Shown here piece after piece: positions 51,480 through 62,282 of a stretch of DNA of 64,000 nucleotides; the first letter of the stretch is position 1; each line of letters opens with the position of its first letter. Made by a program: the position numbers and the translations under genes. The stretch covers positions 12,509-76,508 of the forward strand of contig DAFS01000033.1 of assembly GCA_002495525.1 (NCBI GenBank), read 5' to 3'. The notes under the pieces were generated by a model, which saw nothing but the letters and a program-made list of their open reading frames with translations, was not told the DNA's origin and did no database searches. Source of the stretch: Euryarchaeota archaeon UBA89 (GTDB lineage: Archaea > Thermoplasmatota > Poseidoniia > Poseidoniales > Thalassarchaeaceae).

Positions 51480-53165
51480 TCAGTTAGAAACAAAGGAATT
51501 TATAGCCTCTGCAACCATTTCTAATAATGAGTCGCTTAATGGGCCTATTCCAACTAATAGAGTTAAGATCGCACAAGCTACAATTGCTAACTTCAAACTC
51601 AAGGCATCTTTCAAAGTTCTACTATCTTCAGGTTCTTCGAAGAACATAACCAATCCAATTCTTAGATAATAAAACATCGATAGGGCAGAATTTATTACAA
51701 TAGCAAAGGCCAACCAAAATACTGGTTCAACACTAGTTAACCAATCAATAACCGATGTAGCATCTGATGCACCTGTACCTGCAGATATATTGACTATTCC
51801 ATTAATCATCAAAAACTTGGACAAAAATCCAGATAACGGTGGCACACCTGCTAATGACAACATGAATAGGAACATGGAACCCGCAACTAATGGTTCTCTG
51901 CGTGCGAGTCCATGCAGATCCTCCAATCTATGACTTCTTCCTTCTGTTTCTAGTAAAGATAATACCAAAAATGCTCCAAACTTGAAAATTACTAAAACTG
52001 CGAGATGGAATACTATAGCAGTTAACACAAGTTCAATCGCTTCTTCAGAACCTAATCCACTACCGATAGCCGCAAGACCTGCTAACATGTATCCTGCGTG
52101 TGAAACACTCGAGTAAGCCAACATTCTCTTTGGGTTACTACTAGTTAGAGCCGCTAAGTTACCCCAGGTCATTGTGACAACTGCAATTACAGCAATTGCA
52201 GTATACCAGAATGCCTCACCTTCTACAGGCATAGTAACCGATACTAAAATTCTCATAAGAGCAACGAATCCCATGGCTTTCGATGCTGTGGCTAGTAAAC
52301 CTGCAACTGGTGAAGAGGCACCGGAATAGGCGTCTGGTGCTGCAAGATGGAAAGGTGCTGCACCTACCTTAAATCCAAATGCAACCAACATCAAGCCAAC
52401 TGCAATTCCAGCTAAAGGATCGACCGATTCTGATTCAGACCACTTTATTGCTAATGCATCTAATGAGAGATCACCACTCCATAGATAGAGAAGTGACATA
52501 CCATAAATTCCAACTGCTGAAGCCACCGAACCTACAATGAAATACTTCATTCCTGCTTCGCCACCTATCTTACTTTCCTTATGGAAAGCAACAAGAATAT
52601 ACGAAGATAAGGACGCTAACTCAATGCAAACAAATAGCATGAAAAGATGTGTGGCCATTGACATTAGGCTCATACCAAGACCGACCATTATCAGAATAAT
52701 ATGAAAGTCAACTTGACGACGGTTATCGATTAAAGCATCTATTTTCTTGGTAGAAATATTCTCACTATCACTTTCATTCGGTGGTTTGATATTAACTCTA
52801 GCAGGAAGTCTATGTGTGGTTGCAATAGTAGCAAGAAGTAGAGCAGCGATGAAAATCAAAGAAAATAAACGACTGAATTCTGTAACCTCTAGTGTTTCTC
52901 CTATTGTATCATAAGAGTTCTGCATAAGTCCAAAAAATAATGCAGATGTAAAAGTAATTAATGAAATCTGATTTGGTAATTTAGGATTATTCGTACTCTT
53001 GAAACGACTTCCTCCAATTAACACTGGAACACGAATTCTTGTTAGAGGTATACGGAAACTTGCTTTACCTAAATTAGGGATTAGAATTATGGCTATTAAA
53101 CCGAATAACATGATTAATTCCGGAATTATTAATTCTGCTTCAGAAGTATTAATTGGAAGATTCAT
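51480..53165 (-). CDS. nuoN: NADH-quinone oxidoreductase subunit N (antiporter-like)
   Basis: 14-TM Mrp-antiporter-like subunit, last in the nuo string; 561 aa. Confidence 0.85.
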   Translation of the reverse strand: MNLPINTSEAELIIPELIMLFGLIAIILIPNLGKASFRIPLTRIRVPVLIGGSRFKSTNNPKLPNQISLITFTSALFFGLMQNSYDTIGETLEVTEFSRLFSLIFIAALLLATIATTHRLPARVNIKPPNESDSENISTKKIDALIDNRRQVDFHIILIMVGLGMSLMSMATHLFMLFVCIELASLSSYILVAFHKESKIGGEAGMKYFIVGSVASAVGIYGMSLLYLWSGDLSLDALAIKWSESESVDPLAGIAVGLMLVAFGFKVGAAPFHLAAPDAYSGASSPVAGLLATASKAMGFVALMRILVSVTMPVEGEAFWYTAIAVIAVVTMTWGNLAALTSSNPKRMLAYSSVSHAGYMLAGLAAIGSGLGSEEAIELVLTAIVFHLAVLVIFKFGAFLVLSLLETEGRSHRLEDLHGLARREPLVAGSMFLFMLSLAGVPPLSGFLSKFLMINGIVNISAGTGASDATSVIDWLTSVEPVFWLAFAIVINSALSMFYYLRIGLVMFFEEPEDSRTLKDALSLKLAIVACAILTLLVGIGPLSDSLLEMVAEAINSFVSN

Positions 53166-54760
53166 GGTTTCACCCCCTGATCAATTAGATGGTTAAGTAA
53201 TACTTCTCGAATAAACTCAGTAGACCAATCTGACATCATATCGAAGAATATGAATGGGAATATTCCAAAGACAACAGTAAGAATACCTAGAACAAACATA
53301 CTAGTATTTTCATTCCAAGTAATATCTCTGGGTTCTTCACCATGTAATGACTCTGGAAGTATACCATGGTGTCTATCATTTGACTCGAAAATAGTCTTCT
53401 GCATAGATGTCAAATAGTATACTGCGGTAATGATTAATGTCAATGCTGGTAGAAGAACTAGCCATCCAAAGCTCATCCAGAAAGCAATTAGTATAGCCAC
53501 TTCAGCAACGAATCCCGCTAGTAACGGTAGGCCTAAACTCGCCATCCAACCTAGCATCATATGGGCGGCTAAATATGGTGAATGATGTGCAATTCCTCTC
53601 ATTGAACCTATTTCTAATGTATGATAATGATGTTTGAAGGCACCCGCAACTGCGAATAATAGAGGGCTAATAATTCCATGAGCGAACATCATGAATAATG
53701 CTCCAGCGATACCTAAAGGTTGCATCGTAGCGATTCCTAAGAATATTAATCCCATGTGAGAAACTGATGAATAGGCAACCATTCTTTTCAAATTAGTTTG
53801 ACCCATGCATACCCAAGCGCCATAGACTAAACTCGCCATACCAAGGAAAATTAGAATCGGGGTGAAAACTACTGTTGACTCAGGGAATAATGATACTGCA
53901 ACTCTCAAAAAGCCATATGCTCCCATTTTCAGCATTACACCCGCCAATAACATAGAACCTGCAGTCGGAGCCTGAACGTGAGCATCCGGAAGCCAAGTAT
54001 GAACAGGGACACTAGGCATTTTAGTTGCAAATCCGATCAATAATAAAATCCAAACTAAATGTCTGAGACCCTCGGATTGAATCATTTCAGTATTCATTTC
54101 AACTAGACTGAAGTGATGACCTGTTAATGTTCCAGATACTCCTGATATATCTCCAGTGTGGAAATACATTATTAAGATTCCAACCAACATTATTACGCTA
54201 GCAGTGAATGTGTATATGAAGAACTTCATTGAAGCATATTTTCTATCGTCACCGCCCCAAACTAATATCAAAAAGAACATTGGTATCAGTGTCATCTCCC
54301 AGAATATATAGAATACAAATAAATCTAAAACTACGAACACACCTAGTAAAGCACCTTCCATAACAAGTATCAATGGATGGAAAATATGGCCTTCTTTAGC
54401 GTCCCATTCTACCAACATAGATAGAGGGATTAATAGAGCAGTTAGCCAAACCATTGGAAGTGAAAGTGCATCAACACCAACAATCCAAGAAACACCAATT
54501 GATGAGATGAGAGTAACTGGTTCATTATTCATTAACTCGTATTCACCCATATTGATGCCGATCCAGTCGATACCACCAAAAGTGGTGAAGGAAAGATATG
54601 TTGCGAATGCAAACAATGCCATCGAAACTCCAAAACTAACATTACGAGAAAATTTACGTATTGATGAGGCTAGATTACCTGGTAATATCTGAGGTAAAAT
54701 AAGTAGTAACAAACCCACTCCAATTGGAGTTAATGTTAGAATTGTCAAAGGATCACTCAA
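53162..54760 (-). CDS. nuoM: NADH-quinone oxidoreductase subunit M
   Basis: Antiporter-like subunit with conserved WLPDAHVQAPT motif; 532 aa. Confidence 0.88.
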   Translation of the reverse strand: MSDPLTILTLTPIGVGLLLLILPQILPGNLASSIRKFSRNVSFGVSMALFAFATYLSFTTFGGIDWIGINMGEYELMNNEPVTLISSIGVSWIVGVDALSLPMVWLTALLIPLSMLVEWDAKEGHIFHPLILVMEGALLGVFVVLDLFVFYIFWEMTLIPMFFLILVWGGDDRKYASMKFFIYTFTASVIMLVGILIMYFHTGDISGVSGTLTGHHFSLVEMNTEMIQSEGLRHLVWILLLIGFATKMPSVPVHTWLPDAHVQAPTAGSMLLAGVMLKMGAYGFLRVAVSLFPESTVVFTPILIFLGMASLVYGAWVCMGQTNLKRMVAYSSVSHMGLIFLGIATMQPLGIAGALFMMFAHGIISPLLFAVAGAFKHHYHTLEIGSMRGIAHHSPYLAAHMMLGWMASLGLPLLAGFVAEVAILIAFWMSFGWLVLLPALTLIITAVYYLTSMQKTIFESNDRHHGILPESLHGEEPRDITWNENTSMFVLGILTVVFGIFPFIFFDMMSDWSTEFIREVLLNHLIDQGVKP

Positions 54761-57069
54761 GAACTCACCCCCATTAATAATACGAATATACAGAGGGCCC
54801 CTACGGTTGCCATTAAGATATAATCACGAGCACTTCCAGTAGTAAACTTACGTATTTCAAATGAACCAAGAACTGATTTTGATTCTATTTGTTTAACTAT
54901 TCCATCAATTATATTTCTATCAAACCAAGCAGTAAAATCGGCAAAGGGGATAACTGTACGTGCTAATACACCTTCATATAAATCATCAAAATAAAGTCTT
55001 TTATCGAGAGCCTCGGACAATTGTGATTCTGCTAACCATGAAACATCCTGTTTTCCAAACTTACCTGAAAGATTGACTAACCATCCCACAAGGAAATTAG
55101 CTTTCTCACCTTCTTTGAGCCTACCTCCGTGCACTCTTGAAGCCATTACAGGGCCGACAATGAAAGAAAGGAAAATTGTGACCCAACCTACAAAACGAAG
55201 TTTCATATCATCTGGCAAAAATGCATGTTCTAATTCATAGATAATTTGACCAATCAATGAATCTGCATGTCCATGTAAAGAAAGATTATCTGATTTATTT
55301 GAAAGGAAGTCGACTACACCTAAGACAGCTAGCGCAAAGCCACCGATAGCAGTGATAACTGTAAGTATAATTAGTGGTTCCTTAATCCAAGGAGTTGATT
55401 CATGTACATGATCAACAACCTCACTCTTAGGCTCCCCAGCGAAAGTCATGAACCACATTCTAGACATGTAGAATCCAGTCATTCCAGCAGTTGCGAGAAT
55501 TAGTATAGCAGGGCCAAGCATCAGAGTTTCACCATGGAAATATGCGGACCATGTTTTGGCGATTATTCCCTCTTTAGACCAAAATCCTCCAATCAGAGGT
55601 ATTCCAATAATAGACATAGAGCCAAACATCATTGCGGTAGCAGTAACGGGTAATTTAGAGGCTAATCCTCCCATATTTCTCATATCTTGAGGGTCGAAAT
55701 CATGATTTCCATGGTCTGAACCATGATGGAGATGGTCATGAGCGTGATGAACTTCATGTATTACAGAACCGCTAGCCATGAACAGCATTCCTTTGGCCAT
55801 AGCGTGATTAAAAAGATGGAATAAAGAGGCTCCAAGAACAAAATATCCTGCATAATATTCATCTATATTTAAGAAATAAAGTGCTGAACCTAAACCAGTA
55901 AATATGTATGCTAATTGAGACATTGTAGAGTATGCTAAAACTTTCTTGATATCATTCTGAACAAAAGCAATCGAGGCAGCCATAAATGCCGTAATACCTC
56001 CAATCCAAGCTACAATCAATCCAAAGTCTTCTAATCCTGAAACGCCATGATGATGAACATCGACAAATGGCATCAATCTTGCAACTAAGTATAATCCAGC
56101 ATTTACCATTGTAGCTGCGTGAATTAATGCGGATACAGGAGTTGGCCCTTCCATCGCATCGGGTAACCATACATGTAATGGGAATTGAGCACTTTTACCA
56201 ACTGCTCCAATAAATAGCATCATTAAAGCCCAAAATAATTCTCCAGAATCTACTACAGCGCCGCCAATACCCGTTGAAGGATCATCAAAAACAACTGCAA
56301 AATCTAGAGAGCCATAGATATCGTATAGCATAAATAATCCAACCATTAAGAAAACGTCACCAACTCTTGTAGTCAGAAATGCCTTCTTAGCTGCATAAGC
56401 CGCACTTTCTTTCCAGTAATAGAATCCTATCAATAGATATGAACACAATCCCATAACTTCCCAGAAAATAAACAGCCAAAGGAAGTTGTCAGCAAGTACC
56501 ATACCAAACATTCCGAGACTGAACAGAACAAACTCAGCGAAGAAACGATGGTTACTATCCTCATTTATTGGATCTGTGGTCATATAGCCGATAGCAAACC
56601 AGCAAATCAAGAAGCACAAGAATGTTGCTACAAATAGAAGCATCAATGTCAAAGAATCAACCCAGACACCTACACCAAATACTCTATTCTGTGCTATTGT
56701 ATAATCTGATTGAAGAATATCAAAAGATATCCATTCTAACCAACTTGTAACATCATTATTTTTTATATTTGCACTACCTAACAGATAATCATAGACAATC
56801 CATATTGTGGTAGACAAAGATACTAGAAGTGCGGCTAATCCTAATATTCCTCCTTCCTTAAATGTATTTTTCCATGTTTCATTTTTATTGTAGACTTGCC
56901 CAGTGATGAGAATAATCGGAAAAGCAATGAAAGGAGCTACGACTATCATCCAAGCAAAATCTGTAGAAGTATTATCACCTTCAAGAGCCAAGTAAGGAAC
57001 AATTGCTAAGAATGGCAATAACGGTAGAAGAAGACGATACTCGTTTTTTGTTTCACCCATCAAAATCAC
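54757..57069 (-). CDS. nuoL: NADH-quinone oxidoreductase subunit L (unusually long, 770 aa)
   Basis: Antiporter-like core (WLPDAMEGPTPVSALIHAATMV) plus a long C-terminal helix/anchor region and His-rich insert (HHAHDHLHHGSDHGNHD). Confidence 0.88.
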   Translation of the reverse strand: MILMGETKNEYRLLLPLLPFLAIVPYLALEGDNTSTDFAWMIVVAPFIAFPIILITGQVYNKNETWKNTFKEGGILGLAALLVSLSTTIWIVYDYLLGSANIKNNDVTSWLEWISFDILQSDYTIAQNRVFGVGVWVDSLTLMLLFVATFLCFLICWFAIGYMTTDPINEDSNHRFFAEFVLFSLGMFGMVLADNFLWLFIFWEVMGLCSYLLIGFYYWKESAAYAAKKAFLTTRVGDVFLMVGLFMLYDIYGSLDFAVVFDDPSTGIGGAVVDSGELFWALMMLFIGAVGKSAQFPLHVWLPDAMEGPTPVSALIHAATMVNAGLYLVARLMPFVDVHHHGVSGLEDFGLIVAWIGGITAFMAASIAFVQNDIKKVLAYSTMSQLAYIFTGLGSALYFLNIDEYYAGYFVLGASLFHLFNHAMAKGMLFMASGSVIHEVHHAHDHLHHGSDHGNHDFDPQDMRNMGGLASKLPVTATAMMFGSMSIIGIPLIGGFWSKEGIIAKTWSAYFHGETLMLGPAILILATAGMTGFYMSRMWFMTFAGEPKSEVVDHVHESTPWIKEPLIILTVITAIGGFALAVLGVVDFLSNKSDNLSLHGHADSLIGQIIYELEHAFLPDDMKLRFVGWVTIFLSFIVGPVMASRVHGGRLKEGEKANFLVGWLVNLSGKFGKQDVSWLAESQLSEALDKRLYFDDLYEGVLARTVIPFADFTAWFDRNIIDGIVKQIESKSVLGSFEIRKFTTGSARDYILMATVGALCIFVLLMGVSS

Positions 57070-57070
57070 C

Positions 57071-57373
57071 TTAGTTCCTCAGAATATTAGCTTCATCAAG
57101 AGATATAGTCTCTTGCGTACTGTATAAGGAAAGTAAAATCGCTAAACCAATTGCAACTTCTGCTGCTGCAATTGCTATTGCTATTGCAGTAAAAACCCAA
57201 CCATCAACATCGCCATAATGCGATGCTCCTGCTACAAAGTTAAGATTTGCAGCATTCAACATTACTTCAATACACATCAAAACAATGATCGCATTTTTTC
57301 TTGTGAAAGCACCGAGAAGTCCTATTCCAAAGAGAATGACTCCAAGTCCAGAAATCCAGCTTGGATCTATCAT
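57071..57373 (-). CDS. nuoK: NADH-quinone oxidoreductase subunit K
   Basis: 100-aa 3-TM protein with the conserved glutamate-containing helices (EVMLNAANL; AAAEVAIGLAIL). Confidence 0.85.
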   Translation of the reverse strand: MIDPSWISGLGVILFGIGLLGAFTRKNAIIVLMCIEVMLNAANLNFVAGASHYGDVDGWVFTAIAIAIAAAEVAIGLAILLSLYSTQETISLDEANILRN

Positions 57374-57642
57374 GACTCATCTCCTCCCATATCCCAAATC
57401 AGATTAATTAGTCTTTCATCACGGACAAGATAAGATGCTCCTACCATAGCCATGGCTAACAAAGCACCAAGAATTACGGTTGCAACTGCCCACTCATCTC
57501 CATAGAGTGAAAGTGCGAAATCAACAGTTGAGGGTGGAGTAGATGATGATGCCCCCCACATTGAATGCGACATAACTTCATTTAACATTACTAAAATGAA
57601 TGCAAATAGACCTAGTTTTGTTAATGCTGAAAGTGCTTTCAC
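57370..57642 (-). CDS. nuoJ: NADH-quinone oxidoreductase subunit J, C-terminal part (split nuoJ)
   Basis: 90-aa 2-3 TM ORF between the NuoJ N-part and nuoK, with 4-nt overlaps to both neighbours. Confidence 0.65.
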   Translation of the reverse strand: MKALSALTKLGLFAFILVMLNEVMSHSMWGASSSTPPSTVDFALSLYGDEWAVATVILGALLAMAMVGASYLVRDERLINLIWDMGGDES

Positions 57643-57917
57643 TGAATATCACCCTCTTGAATTTGACGACGTGTAAGCATTACGCCGAATTGTACAACAA
57701 GCATTACTGAACCAAGGTAAACTAAAATTTGTATTGCTGCTAGCATTTCTGCTGATGCCATTACCATTACTCCAGCAACTGCTAGGAATGTAAGCATTAG
57801 TGATAGAAGTGAATGAGCAACTCTTCTGGCATAAACACAACCAAGAGCACCAATTATTGCAGCAGAAGAAAGAAGAACGAAAACAATTGCTTCGAAATCT
57901 ACTGCCATAAAAATCAT
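57639..57917 (-). CDS. nuoJ: NADH-quinone oxidoreductase subunit J, N-terminal part (split nuoJ)
   Basis: 92-aa 3-TM ORF with a NuoJ-like N-terminus (AIVFVLLSSAAIIGALGCVYARRVAHSLLSLM). Confidence 0.7.
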   Translation of the reverse strand: MIFMAVDFEAIVFVLLSSAAIIGALGCVYARRVAHSLLSLMLTFLAVAGVMVMASAEMLAAIQILVYLGSVMLVVQFGVMLTRRQIQEGDIQ

Positions 57918-58891
57918 GCCTCCGATTTAGCGGCTGCAGCCGCTTTAGCAGCTTTCTTTTCACGCTTAGTTTGCTCCTTCTGAGCCCTCTTAGCTAATTC
58001 CATATCTACCCTTTCCTGATGTACTACTGGAAGTAATCTAGTACGATCAGCATCAAACCAAAGGTCTTCCCTAGAGTATCCCGTCATACCATCATATTCA
58101 TTTGACATAAAGAATGACTCGAAAGGGCACGCTTCTGCACATAAACCACAGAACATACATCTTCCAATATCAATTCGACCTGAAACAATATCTACTTCCG
58201 CTGGCTTTAGAGAGGACATTTCTACTGACTCAATGCCAGAACCATCTTGCCAACGAACTGTTGCTGTATCTCCGCTAATATCAATCACCTCTGCAAAATC
58301 ATATTGTTGTGGAGGAGCAGTATGTTCATGCACTAAATCGAAATTCTCGATTTCTTCAAAAGTTTCTTTTCTTCTAGCAGCTAAACCGCCAGATTCTATT
58401 TCACTTCCTAGTCCATGCCATTCATCTCCTTCATCAGTTGTATCAAGAACATTGACTCTAGTTTCTGAGGTCATATGAAGACAATCATTTGGGCAAGCTT
58501 TCACACATGCCTTACATGCTGTACAAGTTTCCCAAACAATTCCTATCCTTCCATTGTAGTTCCCTGGAACGAAAAGCCAAGGCTCCATATCCTCGAGTCT
58601 TTCATATGGATACATGATAGTAACCGGCCTTTCTAGGAAAGGAAGAGCCGGTGATGATTCTCTGTCAGCAGCATATATTTGACCAGAAGAAGGGTGATCT
58701 TCTCCGATTCTTTCTAAAGTAAATTCATCAGTCAGATTCGCTTTCTGCCCATGATAATTATTTTTCAAGAATTTTGCTTTACCGATATATGGTACTGTCC
58801 TAAGTGCTGTCTTCAAAGTAATCCACATAGGTTTGATTACTAAATTTCTAAAATTCGGTGTTGCGTGAGGGTGTCCTGTATTATAATCCAT
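57914..58891 (-). CDS. nuoI: NADH-quinone oxidoreductase subunit I (2×[4Fe-4S] ferredoxin) with N-terminal extension, ~75-aa inter-cluster insertion and Lys/Ala-rich tail
   Basis: CTACKACVKACP and CMFCGLCAEACP motifs. The region between them is ~100 aa against ~30 in E. coli NuoI. C-terminus is KREKKAAKAAAAAKSEA. Confidence 0.85.
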   Translation of the reverse strand: MDYNTGHPHATPNFRNLVIKPMWITLKTALRTVPYIGKAKFLKNNYHGQKANLTDEFTLERIGEDHPSSGQIYAADRESSPALPFLERPVTIMYPYERLEDMEPWLFVPGNYNGRIGIVWETCTACKACVKACPNDCLHMTSETRVNVLDTTDEGDEWHGLGSEIESGGLAARRKETFEEIENFDLVHEHTAPPQQYDFAEVIDISGDTATVRWQDGSGIESVEMSSLKPAEVDIVSGRIDIGRCMFCGLCAEACPFESFFMSNEYDGMTGYSREDLWFDADRTRLLPVVHQERVDMELAKRAQKEQTKREKKAAKAAAAAKSEA

Positions 58892-58902
58892 TTTTTCACC
58901 TC

Positions 58903-60465
58903 CTAATCTCTTCTACTTCCTGGATATGCTTTATCCAACGTTTGAGTATTGTATGGTCTTCTTGAATACTCTAATGCATCTTTATCTTCATCTATTGCAT
59001 ACACAATAAACAAAATTATTCCTAGAACTGTGATTACTGGAGGAACCCAAATTGGCCAACTTGTACCAGTCCAGACCTCTAAACGTAAATACATAGCAAT
59101 TGCAAGATTGAGGATAGATAGTGGGAGTAAGTATCTCCAACCAAATTCTAAAATCTGATCTGTCCTAATTCTATGTAGAGATGCACGGACCCAAACAAAG
59201 AACGCAAAGAGTAACCATGCTTTGAGTAAGACAATTACTAAACCAGGGATTAAGTCAACAACAGTCCCAATCACTGGAATACCAGAAAGTGTATCTTGGA
59301 ATGGAAATTCCCATCCGCCAAGGAAGAACATAGCAAATAGGATACAAGCAGCATAAGCCCTCATCATCTCTACAGCGAACATTAGACCCCAACGAATCCC
59401 TCCGTACTCAGTCCACCATCCTTCTACAAGCTCTGCTTCTGCTTCTGGCATATCGAATGGAATCCTTTCAACCTCAGCAATCATTGTGATTAAGAATAGC
59501 GCAGCACCCAAAGGAAGCATGAATAGGTTCCAAGTATCGGATGTTTCAATCTGGAAATCTACAATTTCAAGAATATTGAAAGAACCACTAATTACTGCAA
59601 TCGAAAGTACTGTGATTAGTAGAGGGATTTCATAAGCTGTCAATTGCGCAGCGGAACGCATTCCTCCAATTAGTGTATATTTGTTATTTGATGCCCAGCC
59701 AGCGAAGAATACTCCAAGAGGTGCAACTCCAAATATAGCCATCAGGAATAGTAGGGAAAGATCTGGATTAGCTGCCCAAATATGTGGACCAAATGGAATG
59801 AAGGCATAACACATTATAGTTGTCGCTATAATAATTACAGGAGCAACTTCGAAGACTAATTTATCGGCTTTTTCTGGTATTAAATGCTCTTTTGTAGCGA
59901 ACTTCATGAAATCTGCCAATGCCTGGAAGAAACCCGGGAATAGGAACCAGATTCCATGGTATCCCCGATTTCCAACTCTATCAATTGTTTCTAAGTGATG
60001 GCTATTCCCGAAGGCTGAATTCAAACTCTTATTCAGCATACCTATAGGGACTCCAATGCCCATTGGTAATTTATTCCACCAATCTCCTGCAGTAGAAGGA
60101 CCCTCTCCAATCCACAAACTTCTCAATGAAGTGGTAGCACCAATTCTATCCATTAAACGCCCTATGAACTTCCTCTCGATATAAGGGACGACCATCAAGG
60201 TCAACATCATTGTAGTAAAAACTACTGTACACATAATCGTTGAAACAAAAAATGCTTCTAAAGAGGGTTGTATATCTGCAAAACCAGACTGAAGATTAAT
60301 TTCAGAACCGATCACAATTGGTTCCTCGAGGAACCATCTTGGCCTTGTAATAGAAAATTCTAGATCTATATCGTTTGAAGGAAGAACGTCATGAGTTTTG
60401 TCCATTGACCAACCGATTAATGACTCAGTCCAACCACGGACATCTAACCAATCACTGCTTGCCAT
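58903..60465 (-). CDS. nuoH: NADH-quinone oxidoreductase subunit H (520 aa; N-terminal ~70-aa extension and ~50-aa loop insertion)
   Basis: NuoH core (PYIERKFIGRLMDR...GFFQALADFMKFATKEHLIP; later conserved TM helices). Length exceeds the typical ~330-350 aa. Confidence 0.85.
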   Translation of the reverse strand: MASSDWLDVRGWTESLIGWSMDKTHDVLPSNDIDLEFSITRPRWFLEEPIVIGSEINLQSGFADIQPSLEAFFVSTIMCTVVFTTMMLTLMVVPYIERKFIGRLMDRIGATTSLRSLWIGEGPSTAGDWWNKLPMGIGVPIGMLNKSLNSAFGNSHHLETIDRVGNRGYHGIWFLFPGFFQALADFMKFATKEHLIPEKADKLVFEVAPVIIIATTIMCYAFIPFGPHIWAANPDLSLLFLMAIFGVAPLGVFFAGWASNNKYTLIGGMRSAAQLTAYEIPLLITVLSIAVISGSFNILEIVDFQIETSDTWNLFMLPLGAALFLITMIAEVERIPFDMPEAEAELVEGWWTEYGGIRWGLMFAVEMMRAYAACILFAMFFLGGWEFPFQDTLSGIPVIGTVVDLIPGLVIVLLKAWLLFAFFVWVRASLHRIRTDQILEFGWRYLLPLSILNLAIAMYLRLEVWTGTSWPIWVPPVITVLGIILFIVYAIDEDKDALEYSRRPYNTQTLDKAYPGSRRD

Positions 60466-60474
60466 ATATTCACC

Positions 60475-61611
60475 TCACCTGTCTGTCTCACCGATACAGG
60501 GATCGAATGAACCCATGATTGCTGGAATATCTGCTACCTTGTATCCAATCATACATTTTGAAGCATATGGAATCGTAATGAACATTGGAGATCGAATTGA
60601 TACACGATAAGGCATTTTACCGCGACCCTCTCCTCCACCGGCAATGTAGAACATTGATTCGCCCCTACTATCTTCAAAGTGGTGTGAACCTGATGTCCCT
60701 TCGGGAGCACGTGTTGGTGCCTTGCCGATTATCTTAGGATCTCCTGGCTCATGGTAAGTTTCGGCACCTCCTGGGATCTTATCTAATGCTTGCAATACTA
60801 GATTTGCACTTTGACGCATTTCTTCAACTCTAATTCGATACCTATCATAACAATCTGCACCTTTTATCGAAGAACGCTCTACTGCTGGCTCCCAATCTAA
60901 CTCAGAGTAAACTGAATACGGGTGCGATGTACGTATGTCGTGATTAACTCCTGCCGCACGAATGTTAGGTCCTGAAACTCCGTGATTAATCATTTCTTCA
61001 GGTTTAGCATAACCTACTCCTTGGCTACGAATTAAGAATACTGTTGACTCATCGAAAAGTGCCTCATATTCTTGTATCCTATCCAAAAATAGTTTCAGTT
61101 TATGCCTAGCTCTGAGAGCAAAACCATGAGGTAAATCTCTTTTCACACCTCCTATACGAGGGAAATTATAATGCATTCTAGAACCACCTAACTCTTGTAA
61201 TAGATCCATCATCATCTCTCTTTCTCTAAGACACCAGACTAATACACTCAGGTTTCCGATATCAGGACCATAAGCGCCAAGCCACATTAGATGACTTGCA
61301 ATCCTTTGAATTTCCACTGCTACTAAACGAATATATTCAGCTCTCTCTGGAACTTCAACTCCCAGTAAGTCTTCTGCAGCATAGATATAGGCATGAGACC
61401 ACGTATTTGCTGATGCATAACATAGTCTGTCGCAATAAGTAGTAATTTGTGTGAAGTCGCGTGATTCGCATATTTTTTCAACACCTCTATGGATATAACC
61501 AAGATCTGGTTCTGTATCTACAACCGTTTCTCCATCGACCTTAATTTTCAAAGTCCAAAGACCATGGGTCATTGGATGCTGAGGCCCCATAGAAATCCAC
61601 ATTTCTGCCAT
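60475..61611 (-). CDS. nuoD: NADH-quinone oxidoreductase subunit D (49-kDa)
   Basis: GPQHP N-terminus and conserved 49-kDa subunit motifs (HRGVEK; RI(C)YASANTWSH); 378 aa. Confidence 0.93.
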   Translation of the reverse strand: MAEMWISMGPQHPMTHGLWTLKIKVDGETVVDTEPDLGYIHRGVEKICESRDFTQITTYCDRLCYASANTWSHAYIYAAEDLLGVEVPERAEYIRLVAVEIQRIASHLMWLGAYGPDIGNLSVLVWCLREREMMMDLLQELGGSRMHYNFPRIGGVKRDLPHGFALRARHKLKLFLDRIQEYEALFDESTVFLIRSQGVGYAKPEEMINHGVSGPNIRAAGVNHDIRTSHPYSVYSELDWEPAVERSSIKGADCYDRYRIRVEEMRQSANLVLQALDKIPGGAETYHEPGDPKIIGKAPTRAPEGTSGSHHFEDSRGESMFYIAGGGEGRGKMPYRVSIRSPMFITIPYASKCMIGYKVADIPAIMGSFDPCIGETDR

Positions 61612-61619
61612 TCTCTCAC

Positions 61620-62273
61620 CTACTTTACCCTACTAGAATCAACTGGTTTACGCATAAAACCTTGAGCGTCATCATACATTTCTTCAAAGCCATGATAACG
61701 TAATTTATGTTGTTTCTGAAGTGGATGAAAACCCACAGGAGATTCATGCGGATTTAGCACTCTACGCATCTCTTCATGCCCTTCAAAATCAATTCCTACT
61801 AAATCCCAGGTTTCTTTTTCATTCCAATCTGCTCCGACCCAAAGATCTTGTACGCTGGCAACTGAAGGAGTTCGGGTATCTCCAATTTTGATACTAATTT
61901 GAATTTCTAAAGGTACATTCTTTCCTTTTACCTTTGAAAAATCCACAATATTTGGAATTACTAGGCCATCTTCAATAACTGGGTCCTTAATTCCAGTTCT
62001 CAAAAAATGATAAACAACTTCCCAGGTCTTATCAGAAGATTCTGGCCAATGAATACCAGTAATCATTGAACAATGATCGACTGAATGTTTTTCCTTCAAC
62101 TGTTCAGCAACCTTCCTCCAGTTTTCAGGAGAAACAGTTGCATTAACAATAGGTCTATTCTGAGTACCACTGGTACGAATATCTACAGATGATTCTACTC
62201 CGGCCATCTTATTCAAAGAGGATACTAATTTCTCAGCCGCCTCTTGTTGTGCTTTTTCCGAAACTATCCTCAT
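61620..62273 (-). CDS. nuoC: NADH-quinone oxidoreductase subunit C (30-kDa)
   Basis: Position between nuoB and nuoD and 30-kDa subunit-like sequence (DHCSMITGIHWP...EVVYHF). Confidence 0.85.
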   Translation of the reverse strand: MRIVSEKAQQEAAEKLVSSLNKMAGVESSVDIRTSGTQNRPIVNATVSPENWRKVAEQLKEKHSVDHCSMITGIHWPESSDKTWEVVYHFLRTGIKDPVIEDGLVIPNIVDFSKVKGKNVPLEIQISIKIGDTRTPSVASVQDLWVGADWNEKETWDLVGIDFEGHEEMRRVLNPHESPVGFHPLQKQHKLRYHGFEEMYDDAQGFMRKPVDSSRVK

Positions 62274-62282
62274 AATAATCCC

